64,000 bases of DNA from Atractiella rhizophila (lineage: Eukaryota), in NCBI GenBank assembly GCA_021432655.1, contig MU271255.1, positions 1 to 64,000 of the forward strand. Direction: 5' to 3'. The translations under genes and the position numbers were made by a program. Each line of letters begins with the position of its first letter. The first letter of the stretch is position 1. Of the stretch, positions 38,997 to 50,228 are shown one piece after another. The notes beneath the pieces were generated by a model that worked only from the letters and a program-made list of their open reading frames with translations, was not told where the DNA came from and searched no databases.

Positions 38997-39395
38997 TCAC
39001 AACACACTCCTCTTGGTGCACTTATCGTTCCTCCCCAATCGTTCCCATCACTCCAACTCTGGCCAACACTGCAAACTCGAGAGAGGACTTACCCAGATGG
39101 AGACTCTGCTTGAGCTTCTCTGCCTTCTCGCCATCAGCAAGCACGAGTGTGTAAAGGTATTTTGAGTATCGGATCTTGGACTTGGTGATCGACGGAATCG
39201 AAGACTTTGGATTTCTAGGTGGAGGGGGGACTGAGGGTCTGGCGCTTGCAGGGGATATGTACGTTTTATGCGAGGGGCTGCATTGTGAAGTTAGCCGTTA
39301 TCGGAGTAGGTGATGGGGAAGGAGGGAAGAGGCCCTTGCCATACTTTCATCGAGCAATATCAAGGAGCATGTACTGGCAAATTTCAGATTCCTGT
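38997..39395 (-). pseudogene. RPL38: Ribosomal protein eL38 pseudogene, copy 2
   Basis: LLDIAR*KYGK (cf. FLEIARRKDAK), ARIKRT and TKSKIRYSKYLYTLVLADGEKAEKLKQSL; collinear with 9490-9900. Confidence 0.85.
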
Positions 39396-39499
39396 ACGCA
39401 CAAATGGCAAACACGAACAGCTTCATGTCCTTAATTCTATGGCTGGCGGTTGGCTCGAGCTCAACTTAACTTTAATTCCTGGTTTCACTCAGGTTTCAC

Positions 39500-41100
39500 A
39501 ATTTGTTTGATTAATACTGAACTGTTCCTGAACTATGTCTTTGGTTACCGATACCATCATGCTACCAACATAAATAACAATGAGTCATCCTTTCAACGGT
39601 TGATGCTTCCTGAGTTTTCCGCACAAAACAGAAATTTTTTCTGTTTTGTGCAGGCGGAAAAGGATTGGCAAGTCAGGCAAGTCCTCTCCTTATTCCGCCC
39701 CATTGGTAGGAAGGAGGTCCATGAAGCCCTAGAAAGAGTCCTTTGGCTTGTTAGGTGGCTGTCAGGCAGTGAGGAGGTGGTGAGCCCTCAATAGGTGGAT
39801 TTTCCAGACTCCAAGAATGCTCTCTGGGCACTCAAAGAAGCAATCTGATATGTAAACGAAACGATTGAATTGGAACCTAGCTAGACCACCCCCCTTTTTC
39901 AGAATTGTCGTGCAAGTGTCAGGGACGTATAAATCACCCACAACCCCAACAATGTTTGCACTACGAAAATATGTCCCTGCGATAATGATTTCATGGTGTT
40001 GAAGAGTAGTTTGGCACTCATTGGTGGAGCGTCGGAGGACGATTGCCGGAGGCTTGTGGACGCGTTGGGGAGACTTTGGATGGCCATGGGAGGACGTTGG
40101 GGTAGCATTGGAGAACTATTTTGGATTGTGGAGGGTGTGGTGGTCGGTTTGGAAGCATTGCGGAGGAGTTGTTCCATGATTGTGTAACGAGCAGTCTGCT
40201 CTGCAAGCATTACAACGTAATCGCCCCATCCTCTCCAAAGGAGATTCCCATGGTTCTTCAGATGCAAATCATTGTGCAACATCATACCATTGCATGCATT
40301 ATAAGGTGCCACAACCTTCCAGCTCCACCCCTTCACCACCTAGGTTCAATCTTTCCATCCTCTTCATCGCTCTTACCTCCCTCCCCAATCTTCCCCGTCC
40401 TTCCTCTCCCACATTGATAGTTAAGGCCTTTCGTCGCTTGCTCTCATCCATAATGCGCTACCTAAATACAAACATGGTCAGTTTACTCTGCAGATTGAGT
40501 CTCAGGCAATCTGCTATTAAGGTTGTTTCTCTTCTTTGAAAGATCTGGTAACCCTGTTTAATGAGAAAGAGGTGAGTGAAAGTGGTTGAGAAATCATTCC
40601 AGGTCATTGTGTGGAGAGTATCTAAGCCGTCAATAAACAAGATTTTCAAATGAGTACAGGTGCAAAGGCTTAGCAGATCAATGAAAGCAGCTTCGTCTGT
40701 TGATCATGTCGGCCAGACAATGCGTCAACAAGATCAAATGATTGAGCAGGACTGTTGACATGTGTCATCGATCATACAGGATCCAGAGTCAGATTCTTGA
40801 GAAGATCAGAGAGCAGAAAGTAATAAGTGCTTGGTTGCAAGCTCCAAACTGCAGAGTGACACGTTTTTGGCAGTAGAGCAGTTCTGCCGGCATCCAACAT
40901 TGCTCAGCGCAGTGAATTGACGTGACACTTGAACACAAATCAATTATTGAAGTCACCACCCACCCTTGGCTGATTTGGCAACGATAGATGCACTTTTTTT
41001 GCCCAATTCCACCTTCAATAGTCAAGATAAAACATTCCCACATAATATAAGGATTATCCCTCTCCCCGTATAAGCCAAAACCCAAGTTGAATTACTCAGA
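39500..41100 (-). pseudogene. Degenerate P-loop NTPase-like gene remnant
   Basis: Walker-A-like FILTIEGGIGQKK (ORF 40789-41085) upstream of Walker-B-like KILFIDGLD (ORF 40458-40649); many stops. Confidence 0.35.
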
Positions 41101-41492
41101 ATTGTCAAAAAACATGTTGAAAAAACTGTGTCCCAAAAGTGAAAATTCGGTGACCAGGAGTAAAAAGCACGTCCAGAGTGGGAAAAATCGCTTAAACTGA
41201 CTCCCTATACCCTAACACAACAGAAGAAGTTTGACACACGGAGGAAAGGCAAGAGCCATCAAATTGTCGAGTTTGTCGTTTCCACCTTGTCAAGTTTGTG
41301 GTTGTTTGGATTCTGACATTACATCTCTGACTGCCTCTGTTCTGCTTTCTTCAGGCACGAAGGAGAATGACACAAGTTTGTCAACCAGTGAGGGAGTGTT
41401 AGGAGGAAATGCAGAAATTAGGTAAGTTTTTTGCTAGTCGCTTGCATGAATTGGTTGAAGGAGAGTCCTTAACTTACTGTGGACTGGGTGTC

Positions 41493-41862
41493 TGTCAGGT
41501 TTGCATCTTACGCAAATCGGCGCCCATTCGCCGGATTGCGTCTCCTATCACCCATTTGCGTTCCCTGCGAATCGGCGCCCGTCACCACTCTGCGTCTCCC
41601 GTCACCTATTTGCACCTACATCACCACCTAGCCCAATTGTGCCTATCCTCTTCTTATTAACTCCGCGTAATCCCACTGTCACTTCCCCTTTTTAGTTCTC
41701 TTACATGTTTCATCTGCTCTCCTCTATGCTCTGTGGCAGTGTTATTCTGCTTGTATATATAGATCTGAGAGTAGTGGAGGTGACCTTAGAGTATTCTCTT
41801 AGGTTTATCTCCACTACAGACGCATCGCCCGTTGGTGCCCGCACATAATGTCAGCCCTAACT
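41493..41862. mobile_element. Solo LTR (370 bp) with 5-bp target-site duplication GTGTC
   Basis: Begins TGTCAGG and ends CCTAACT (imperfect inverted terminus, final A>T). GTGTC at 41488-41492 and 41863-41867. Internal TATATATA at ~41755 and a 55-bp tandem repeat at 41515-41615. Confidence 0.7.
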
Positions 41863-42384
41863 GTGTCAGTGTGATGGCAGTTGTTATCAGTATGAAGGGA
41901 CTCTCTGGATATCGCTTCATTCATGCAAGCTTGTTCCTAGTTTTTATTGAGATGGTGATACCTCCTACCTGGATTGATAACAGAAGCTTTCAGGCTATGC
42001 TTGCCACGAAACAGAACACTCAGCATCCTCTCTATCACTAACACCTCTCGATTTGTAGTTGAAATCTCACAGAATGGGCATGCACTTCTGTGTTGTGCCT
42101 TTCCTGCTCTTTTTGCAATGACGTCAACCACAACTTCAGACCTTCAAACGACTGTGGCAGAAAAGACTGAAGTGAGTCATGAGCGAAAGATCTTTTCCGC
42201 CCTTCCAACAAATTGTAGAATGCGAAGTGAGGTCATCGCTTGTTTTTACAACCACTTCGCCATTCCCTCTTAGCAGCTCAGCTCACTCGAGTGTGTTTTC
42301 ACGCGTCCTAAAAGCGCAAAAACTTCATACGGCACCTCCCAACAGCTCTTCCTCTTCTTCACAAAATTCACGCAGTTCAAGACA

Positions 42385-44391
42385 ATGGCGGATATGGTAG
42401 GAAATGACGGCGGAAGTGGAGGGCAAGGTGGAATGACGTCCTCGGAGTCTCTGGAGAATTTGTTTGTGGGAGGCATGTCTGGTGCTTCGGGAAATAATTG
42501 GGGAGAGAGGGGATTGGCAAGTGGTCTAAGAGAAGGAGAAAGGGGAGAAGGGATAGGAAGCCAAGTAAGGGAGGATGGTGCGGTCTCGGGTTCGCACACG
42601 TCGGGACACGGCGGCGTGGAATCAGGAGCAGGAAATCCGGAAAACGCGTCGGATCGAGCGTTCTTCGACTCTTTACAACGCTTAGCTAAGGAAGGACGAC
42701 TTCAAGGCATCCTGAACGCGTCAGGTTGGGCGAATACTCCCGAATCGGCGTCGCAGGTAGCCACCACCAAGTTCTTGGATTCTATCGGCAACCTCGCCCA
42801 AAACCTCACCAGTTCGGTTACGAAGGAGAAAGAAAAGGAGGGAGGAATGTCTGTGATAGACGGGACGGCAAGAGTTTCTGGCGCTTGTCCTCCAGTGAGT
42901 GTTTCGTTTATAATCGGGATAATGATGCTTGGAGTTTTGGGCGTCCGCCAGTTAGCTGGCAGTGTGCGAGCAGCTCTGGTTAGCCAGACTGCAGAGGCTG
43001 CTCCGTCAGCTTGCGTTGCGTTTGCGTTAGAGTGGTTAGCTTGGGATAAATCACACAACTGTGTAGGCAGTTGTGATGCGTTGCGTCACTGGTTAGCCAG
43101 TTCTTGCAGTTGCGTCGACAGCTGCATTGCGTTGCAGTACTAGTCGGCCAGGTTTTCTCGCAGTTCTACTGAAAACTGCTTTTTGGCGTTACTGGTTAGC
43201 CAGTTAGTACAGCTGGGTTAGCAGCTACCTGCGTTCTGTTACAGGCAGCTAGGTTGTGTTAGGGAACTGCATTTGTCCCAGTTTTGTTTCAATACAGTTG
43301 TGTTGTAGGCGGTCATGGGGTGTTGCATATCACACCAAGCTTGGGGGGGTGGTGGCTGAGAATGAAGCTGATGAAACGTGCGGTGGAATAGTGGCTGCAT
43401 GTCAAGCTGTATGAACACGCGAAGAAGAACCCGCATGCATTCCTCGAAATGGCCGCCTATTCGCCAGGATTCAACAAGACGCGTACCCCCAACATGTCGG
43501 ACAAAGTCGCAATCGATCTCAACCTGGGCACCACAGTTTACGCTACCAACTCGGTGGAACATATCCTGAAGAACTTCAAAGGGAAGGACAAGCTGCTCTC
43601 CTTTGACGAATGGTACGGGGCGGCGAAGGTTCTTTTGAGAATCTTCCGAGAGGCGGAGGACAAGCATGAAGGAGCGGCGGCGTGTTGGGAAAGATACATC
43701 GACCTGGTGGAGGGTATCTACTATGGGGAGGGGAGAGGAGCGGCAGAGAATTGGCCGGTAATCCGCGACGCAGATATCAGGCACAGGAATCAACACACCG
43801 TTTCAGGAAAGGATCTGGGGAACGGATCGAGAGCGTGGCCTGATATCAGTAACGTGGCGGTGTTCGAGTCGCTGTATCAGTCGGTGGTACGAGAATCGCT
43901 TCATTCGATGGTCTCAAGACCAACCGCGGCACCCTTCCCTTCTCCCTCGAATCGTGCACCGTCCCAGAGAAACGGCCAGCCCTTTCGGAGCGGCTCCACG
44001 TCTCCCTACGAGAGACGTCAATCGGTGGCGGGTAGCGTCACCTTTAGCTGTTGCATCCAGTGCGGAAAGGATAAAGTGGTCTGCGGTAGTAGGACATGTA
44101 GGTCGAGGGTAGTGGACAGCAGTTACATTACTGAGCTCAAGAATAGGGCAGTGGTGCAAGGAAACGACCACAGTCGTGGGAAAACCTATCAAGAAACAAT
44201 CCCTTCCTCGCTCCGCCCTCCTCGACCCTCAAGGACGTGTCGCATGCTCTCAATTCAACATCAGCCATTGCAACTTCAACACCAACTGCAAGTACAACCA
44301 CTCGTGCACCATCTGTGGAGAAGCTCATTCAGCCCGACAATGTCCTTCCGTTGAAACTCGGCGCGGTAGCGCCACTTCCTCCTCATCCTGA
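42385..44391 (+). pseudogene. Gag-like ORF1 of the YR retrotransposon (intron 42895-43391; +1 frameshift ~44147)
   Basis: Phase-0 GTGAGT..GCTGAT..TAG splice joins ..ACPP|WLHVK.. in frame. C-terminal CSQFNISHCNFNTNCKYNHSCTICGEAHSARQCP zinc finger lies in the +1 frame. Confidence 0.7.
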
Positions 44392-46311
44392 ACGAATTCT
44401 TCCTTGGCCGCCGTTGACGCTCTCGAGCGAAGACTTCGTGCGTGCGAAGGAATTGGTGACGCCTCTCAATACGCCGGTGTGGGTTAATGGTTTAACGGTT
44501 TCAGGACTCCTGGATCGGTTTCAGGACTCCTGGATCAGTTCCAGGACGTGGTTTCTACTCTGGATCACGGTTTCAAAGTAGACGGACTCAACTCCCCTCC
44601 TCCCTTCACCTTTACTCCGACAATCATCCCTCAGCTGTGCAATACCAGACTCGATGAATACGCTGCAGAGGAGGTGCTCTTAGAGCGGTACGCAGGTCCG
44701 TTTACGAAGGAGCAAGTCGAGGAGTTATTAGGTTCCCCCTTTCAGTCGTCGCCCTTGGCAGTCATTCCCAAGGCAGAGCCAGGAGAATTTCGTCTGATTC
44801 AAGATCTATCCTTTCCCAAGGACAGGAAAGTCCCCTGGTGGTTGTGGAAAAGGTGGAAGAAAGACAGGAAGGATTATTATGCAAGGAAGAAAGACGTGTT
44901 GAAGAAGGAAGGGAAGTTGTTTGGAAAGGTGGTGGATTGGGCGGAGTTGGAAGATAAAGAAAGGTTAGATGAGGGAGAGGAGCGGGCGATAGGGGCAGGA
45001 CAAGATGGAGGCCCCCTGTCGGTGAATGCAAGGGCGGAGACAGAGAAGTACGAGTGCGGATGGGATTCGTTCAAGGACATGGCGGCAGCAGTTCTGGAGG
45101 CCCCCCCTGGCACACAGGCAGCGGTCGTGGACGTCAAGTCCGCCTTTCGCCTCATCCCCTCTCATCCATCAGTTCGTTGCTGGCTAGTCGTTCAGATTCG
45201 ACCGGGTCATTTCTACATCGACAAGTGCGGATGCTTCGGTTTGGCGCCAATGCCAATGATCTATGGACGGGTAGGGGATGCGCTGGTGGCGCTCGCACAA
45301 TTCCACGGTTACGGCCCCATCAAGAAGTGGGTGGACGACAAAGCAATTTTTCGTTTCCCGCCTTACAAATACGACCTAGCGGGCTTCTTCAACGGCATGG
45401 TCTCTTACGGTGTGGCGTGGAAAAAGGCAAAATGCAAGGATTTCGCATTTCGCTGCCCGTACGTGGGGTTCGATTGGGACCTTTCGCTAAAGACAGTAGA
45501 GTTGAAGGCGGAGAAGTATGAGAAGATCTTAGGAATGGTGCGAGAATGGTTGGAGGACGGGTTTGTGTGCACGGCAAAGGATGTAGAGCGCATGCATGGA
45601 CGCCTGGTGCATCTCACGTACATCATCCCTCAAGGCAAACCGTACTTGGCAAGTCTAATCGCGTTTCAAAAGGAATGGGGCTTCCAACCTTCGGTGCCCC
45701 GCTCGCTCAACAAGTCAGTTCGCGCAGATTTGGAAGTCTGGAGCTTTTTCCTCCTGCACGCCCCCATTCGTCAACTAATCCCTTCCTTTGCCCCGGTCGA
45801 CATCTCATGGATCGGAGACGCGTCTACATCGTTCGGGATGGCAGCTATTATTGGCGAATGTGCGGCGCTATGGGTATGGAAGGGAGGACCGGTGGAGAAT
45901 ACGTGGATTGGGTGGGGAGAAATGCTGGCGGTGGAATTGGGGTTGAGGTTATTAGATTGGATGTTGGAGCAGGGTCTTCTCCGCTTGGGCCCTCACGAAC
46001 GCACGATACTCGTCCAATCAGACAATTCCGGAGTTGTCGGCGCAGTCAATCGAGGAAGGTCGCAGAACGTTCCAATCAACGAGTCGTTGAAACGAGTTTA
46101 CGAGTTGCAATTCGCCAGGGGTATTACACTTCATTCACAGCACATTGCAGGTAAGATTAATCGTTCAGATGCTTTGTCGCGAGGCGCCTTTTCGCATTTT
46201 CGCCAAGATTTTCCTCATTGCAGGATGGTAGAGATTATGGTTCCTCAAGAAATTTCAAAATTTGTGGGTTTGTGGGCAAAGCCATACAAGGCTTCATTCG
46301 ACCTTATGTAA
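44237..46311 (+). pseudogene. RT-RNase H ORF of the YR retrotransposon, frameshifted by a 20-bp tandem duplication
   Basis: RT motifs VTPLN..GLLD, FQSSPLAVIPK, FRLIQDLSFP, VDVKSAFRLIP, FGL and KWVDD. RNase H motifs IGDASTSFG, IGWGEMLAVELG, SDNSGVVGA and NRSDALSRG. Confidence 0.92.
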
Positions 46312-46327
46312 CCAATAGCATGTCCTA

Positions 46328-46410
46328 CCAATTTAGTTTTCGTTTTCTCAGTCTTCAGTTCATAGGTTCGTATCAATTTAGCTTTCCGTTTTCTCAGTCT
46401 TCAGTTCATT
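46328..46410. repeat. ~45-bp tandem duplication in the RT-YR spacer
   Basis: caatttag(t/c)ttt(c)cgttttctcagtcttcagttcat occurs twice. Confidence 0.8.
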
Positions 46411-46633
46411 AGTTTGGTCGCATGGGCTTCATCAAACTATCATCAGCAAGGCAGATTAGCAAGTCACTTTGTAGTTAGTGGTGATACATCAATATCTCAA
46501 TTATCAATGTTGACATTACTTATACATAATTTGCTAGTTCAGGGAAGAGAGTCATATTCTAGCGGAGCTGGGGAACAGACAGGGTGACGTATTAAAAGTC
46601 CAGAAGTTCAAGTTTACTCGATCCATTGCCACC

Positions 46634-47824
46634 ATGCCTTCTTACCAGGACTTTGTCCAACAGGCACAACAATCGGCTTATGTTCGTCTACTGTCTTACG
46701 ATCCACAGCTTTTGTTTCCGAAGGTCAAAGCGCAAGATAGAATTTTGCAATGGAAACCGGATCAACACATCCAATCGGTCTACAGCCACCCTAGACTTCA
46801 AAACCTGGTTGCCCTCGCGTCTGCAGCTTCCCTGGACGAATCGACGCGTAAATCATACGGTTCAGGATTAGCAAAGTACCTAGAATACTGCAAGAAGATG
46901 AAGTTGCCTCGAAACGAAAACTTCCCGGCGTCGAAGGGCGTGATTTTAGGTTTTGGTTTATGGACGTGCTTAAAGGAAGATGGAGGAGTGGAAGGAGAAG
47001 GGCCTAAGAAGTTAGTTACGCCGCAGACAGCACAGAAGTACGTCACTGCACTCCATTCGTGGCATACACACCATGGATTGCCATTCGCACTTTCCTCTAA
47101 GGAAGATTGGGATTATTTTCATTACCTTATGCGCGGTGCAAAGAAGTTGCGAGGAGAAGAGCTCAAGGCTCCTCGTCCCCCAGTTACGTTACATATGCTC
47201 CGCGCTTTACACACTGGGTTGGACTTTCGCAACTCGTTCGACTCCTGTTGTTGGGCGGTTGCAACATCTACCTTTTTTGGTCTGATGAGACTGGGAGAAG
47301 CCACCGTGCCCAGCAAACCGGAGTATACGCGACACCCAGAGAAATACATCCCTCTTCGTAACACGACTTGGAATTCCGACAATTCAGGTGTTGGGTTTCT
47401 GAAGCTGTCCCTTCCACACGATAAGACGAAGAATCGGGTTTTGCGACCAGGAGAGAACCCAAACGTTTTCCTGCCACGACAAGCGGACTTGAAACTGTGT
47501 CCTGTGGAAGCCTTAGCCCACCACCGATCGATCACCCCGTTGCAACCAGACAATTTTTTGTTTTCATACATTGACCGCAAGACGCTTCACGTGCAACCGA
47601 TGACGAGACAAGCCTTTCTGAAACGCGTCAACGAAATTTGGGAAGCCGCAGGTTTGGAACGTGATGTATCAGGACACAGTTTTCGAATTGGAGGAGCCTC
47701 CTTTTTCTTGGGACAAGGGATCTCTCCTCTTACAGTACAATGGGCAGGCAGGTGGAAATAACTGGCATTCACCTTTTATATTCGAGCTTATGAAGATATC
47801 ATTCCAAAGTCTTTGGCAATTTGA
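46634..47824 (+). pseudogene. Tyrosine recombinase, nonsense codon at 47759-47761 before the catalytic Tyr
   Basis: STRKSYGSGL, FFGLMRLGE (R), LPHDKT (K), SGHSFRIGGAS (HxxR) and AGRWK*LAFTFYIR. Confidence 0.92.
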
Positions 47825-48297
47825 GTATGTAGGATCACTTAACTCACATCTGAGGGACTTACTGATTAGGTGTGGTAATGCGTTAGAATGTGGTTATTTT
47901 GTGTTACACTGAACAATGAAAATGTTTTCTCCTTCCGCCAGGTTGTGGGGTGTGCCGCAAGCAGCAGGCTGTCGGTTCGTCGAACCCTTAGTGGGGTGCG
48001 CCTGCTTTCCTTGCGTCTCCCTTCAGGTAGCGTAGCTTAGCGTTCGGAGCTCGTTTTTGTGCAGGTTTCGTGCTTGCTTTGCAGCGCTTAGCTTGCATTC
48101 CGCGCGCCTCTTCACGTCGTACGAGGCACGTGCTGCCGACCTCCGACCGCTCGGCTCCGCTCCACCCAACTTGGCCGAAGAGTAATGCGCGTTTTCAATA
48201 GTTAGAGTGAGCTGAAGAACAGATTTGTTGGAATCCATATTATTTCCCTTTGTCCTGCGATATTCCTGGCGGTATCTGTATTGTCGCCAAGATCATC

Positions 48298-49327
48298 ATG
48301 ACCAGCGCTTCCACTCCTCCCACAGTACTCACGTCTAAAGTCCTCCTCTTCGACCTTGTTCGTCTCCTCTTCCATCTCGCTCTCCAACTACAGTAGTATC
48401 TTAGCAGAAAACAGATGGGGACCGTGACGGATTGGCACTCCCACATCTCCTCCACCCTCACTTCGTCCTCAGTACTCCCTTCCACCGTCTCCCCCTCCTC
48501 CTTCGCCCTCCGCTGGCGCGAAGGCTTCTTCACCCTCGCGCATTCCATCGCGGCTGATCCTACCGTGGGGTCGTTGGACGACATTGATGACATGCATACA
48601 CGAGCATTGGAGGTGGTGCTGAGAGAGGAAGGTGTCGACTTGTCGGAGGAGATGAAGAAGGAGCTAGTTAGAGCTTGGCATGGTCAGAAGGGGTGGGAGG
48701 GAAGCGCTGATGGGCTAGAACGCATCAGGAAAGGGGGGTATATCGTGTAGGTTGCTTGGTAATCAAAAGATCACTGACCAAGGTCGCGAGGAAGAGCCGT
48801 GTTGGCAAATGGATCAACGAGGTACCAAATTGATGTCGTGCGTCGTCGATTCTTCCTATTCGAGAACCCAACCGTCTGAACGTGTACTGAACAACGCAAC
48901 GACTAGGCTAGAGCAGGTGAACTGGAATTCGATATGCTCTTCTCGTCACAACTTCTGCAATCCGTCAAGGTCCGCCTTTTGCGTCTTCCATTCCTACGAT
49001 TAGAAAAGGAGAGAGTGACTGCGTGAACAGCCGAGAAAGGAGATGTACCTCCGCGCGCTTGAACTCCTCAACGTGAAACCAGAGGAGGCGACGATGGTTG
49101 CTGCCCATGCCTACGACTTGGATGCTGCAAAATCAGTGTTTGTGTTCCACCTACTTGCCGTATTGAAATCCTTCATACGACAATACGATGGGGACAGGGG
49201 TATGAGCACAGTGTACATTGAGCGAGAGACGGAGGATGTAGGATTGTTGCGGGAGGAGATTAGGGAAAAAGTAAACATGTTTGTGGAGGGTGGCTTGGTG
49301 GCATTGGCAGAGCTTCTAAATTGCTGA
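48298..49327 (+). CDS. HAD-superfamily hydrolase (haloacid dehalogenase type II-like), multi-exon
   Basis: KVLLFDL|MGTVTDW motif I, LVRAWH, VLANGS, MYLRALELLNVKPEEATMVAAHAYDLDAAK and GMSTVYIER. Confidence 0.9.
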
Positions 49328-49379
49328 GAGGGAACATGGACCTAGGGTCTGAGATGATGAGAAAACGTAGCATTACATC

Positions 49380-50228
49380 TTACATCTGATAAACCGGACC
49401 TCCCCTACAAGAGTTTGGAGGCACTGGACTGTTAGGGTCGATGAGGGGATTAATGACATATCCGACTTTCTTGTAATCTTGGTGATTGGCGTAAAAGTTT
49501 TTGAAGTACTCGAGTTGCTGTTACGTCACGAAGGCTGTCAGACAAGGTACTAGAAACATGAGAACAAACACACCTCCCGTTGCTCATCGGTCAAACCGCT
49601 AAAGGAATTCCGTCAGTGGAAGTATGGCAAGGGAGAAAGTGAGAGCGCACCGAGTATCGTGTGTCTGGTGTTCTTCGACTCGCGAACATCCAGTTACAAA
49701 AGCTCGAGCGTAGTCGTGCCCTATAACCAGCAAATTAATTTCAGAGGGCTCTTGCTTTCCGGCACCGCCTCCAGTTCGACTTACCAGCGAAGTGGGAGTA
49801 TCCGCCTGGACCAATTTATTAGGTCAGCTTCTGTTTTGCGAGAACAATGGGAGGATCACGCACCTTCAGGACCCCAAGTCCCAGGTTTCGCAGACATGTC
49901 AAACACCCATCCATCCAATCCCACCAGGATGGGCTTCGTCGGGTCAGTTCCATCGTACTTCGCCAATTCCTCAGGTGTATACCTCTTCAGTTTCGACTTT
50001 TCTAAGATCTATCATCCCCAAATTAGCAGTTTTCTTTAAAAGGAGAGGCAGAAGAAAGCGAACCTCTTCGGCAGCCTTGACTTTCGTGGAAACGAAGGCT
50101 GGTACATTGTCGGATTTGAGGAACTCTACGACTGGAACTGGATCCACGATCCCGCGCGAGATTAGCTGGGATAGAAGGATGGAAATAGCGCCTATGAAGA
50201 GGGAAAGACGGAAGATTGCACGAAACAT
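49380..50228 (-). CDS. Membrane-anchored cytochrome b5-like heme/steroid-binding (MAPR family) protein, six exons
   Basis: N-terminal hydrophobic anchor, then RYTPEELAKYDGTDPTKPILVGLDGWVFDMS..WGPEG|GYSHFA|GHDYARAFVTGC..THDTR|GLTDEQRE|..FYANHQDYKKVGYV. Confidence 0.88.

Larger units (their letters stand above)
42278..48215 (+). mobile_element. Tyrosine-recombinase retrotransposon (DIRS order, Ngaro-like); boundaries tentative
   Basis: Gene order gag (Zn finger) - RT/RNase H - YR on one strand; no DDE integrase or protease motifs seen. Confidence 0.9.

Noticed and set aside
42895..43143. Hydrophobic C-terminal part of ORF 42385-43143 as a membrane domain
   Set aside because: It follows a consensus GTGAGT donor and is repeat-derived; treated as intron read-through.
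42940..43230. Spaced short palindromic repeats resembling a CRISPR array
   Set aside because: Repeats are only 12-16 nt with irregular spacing, in a eukaryotic retroelement, with no cas genes.
46634..47761. Phage integrase or Crypton interpretation of the recombinase
   Set aside because: It lies directly downstream of gag and RT-RNase H, which fits a DIRS-order retrotransposon.
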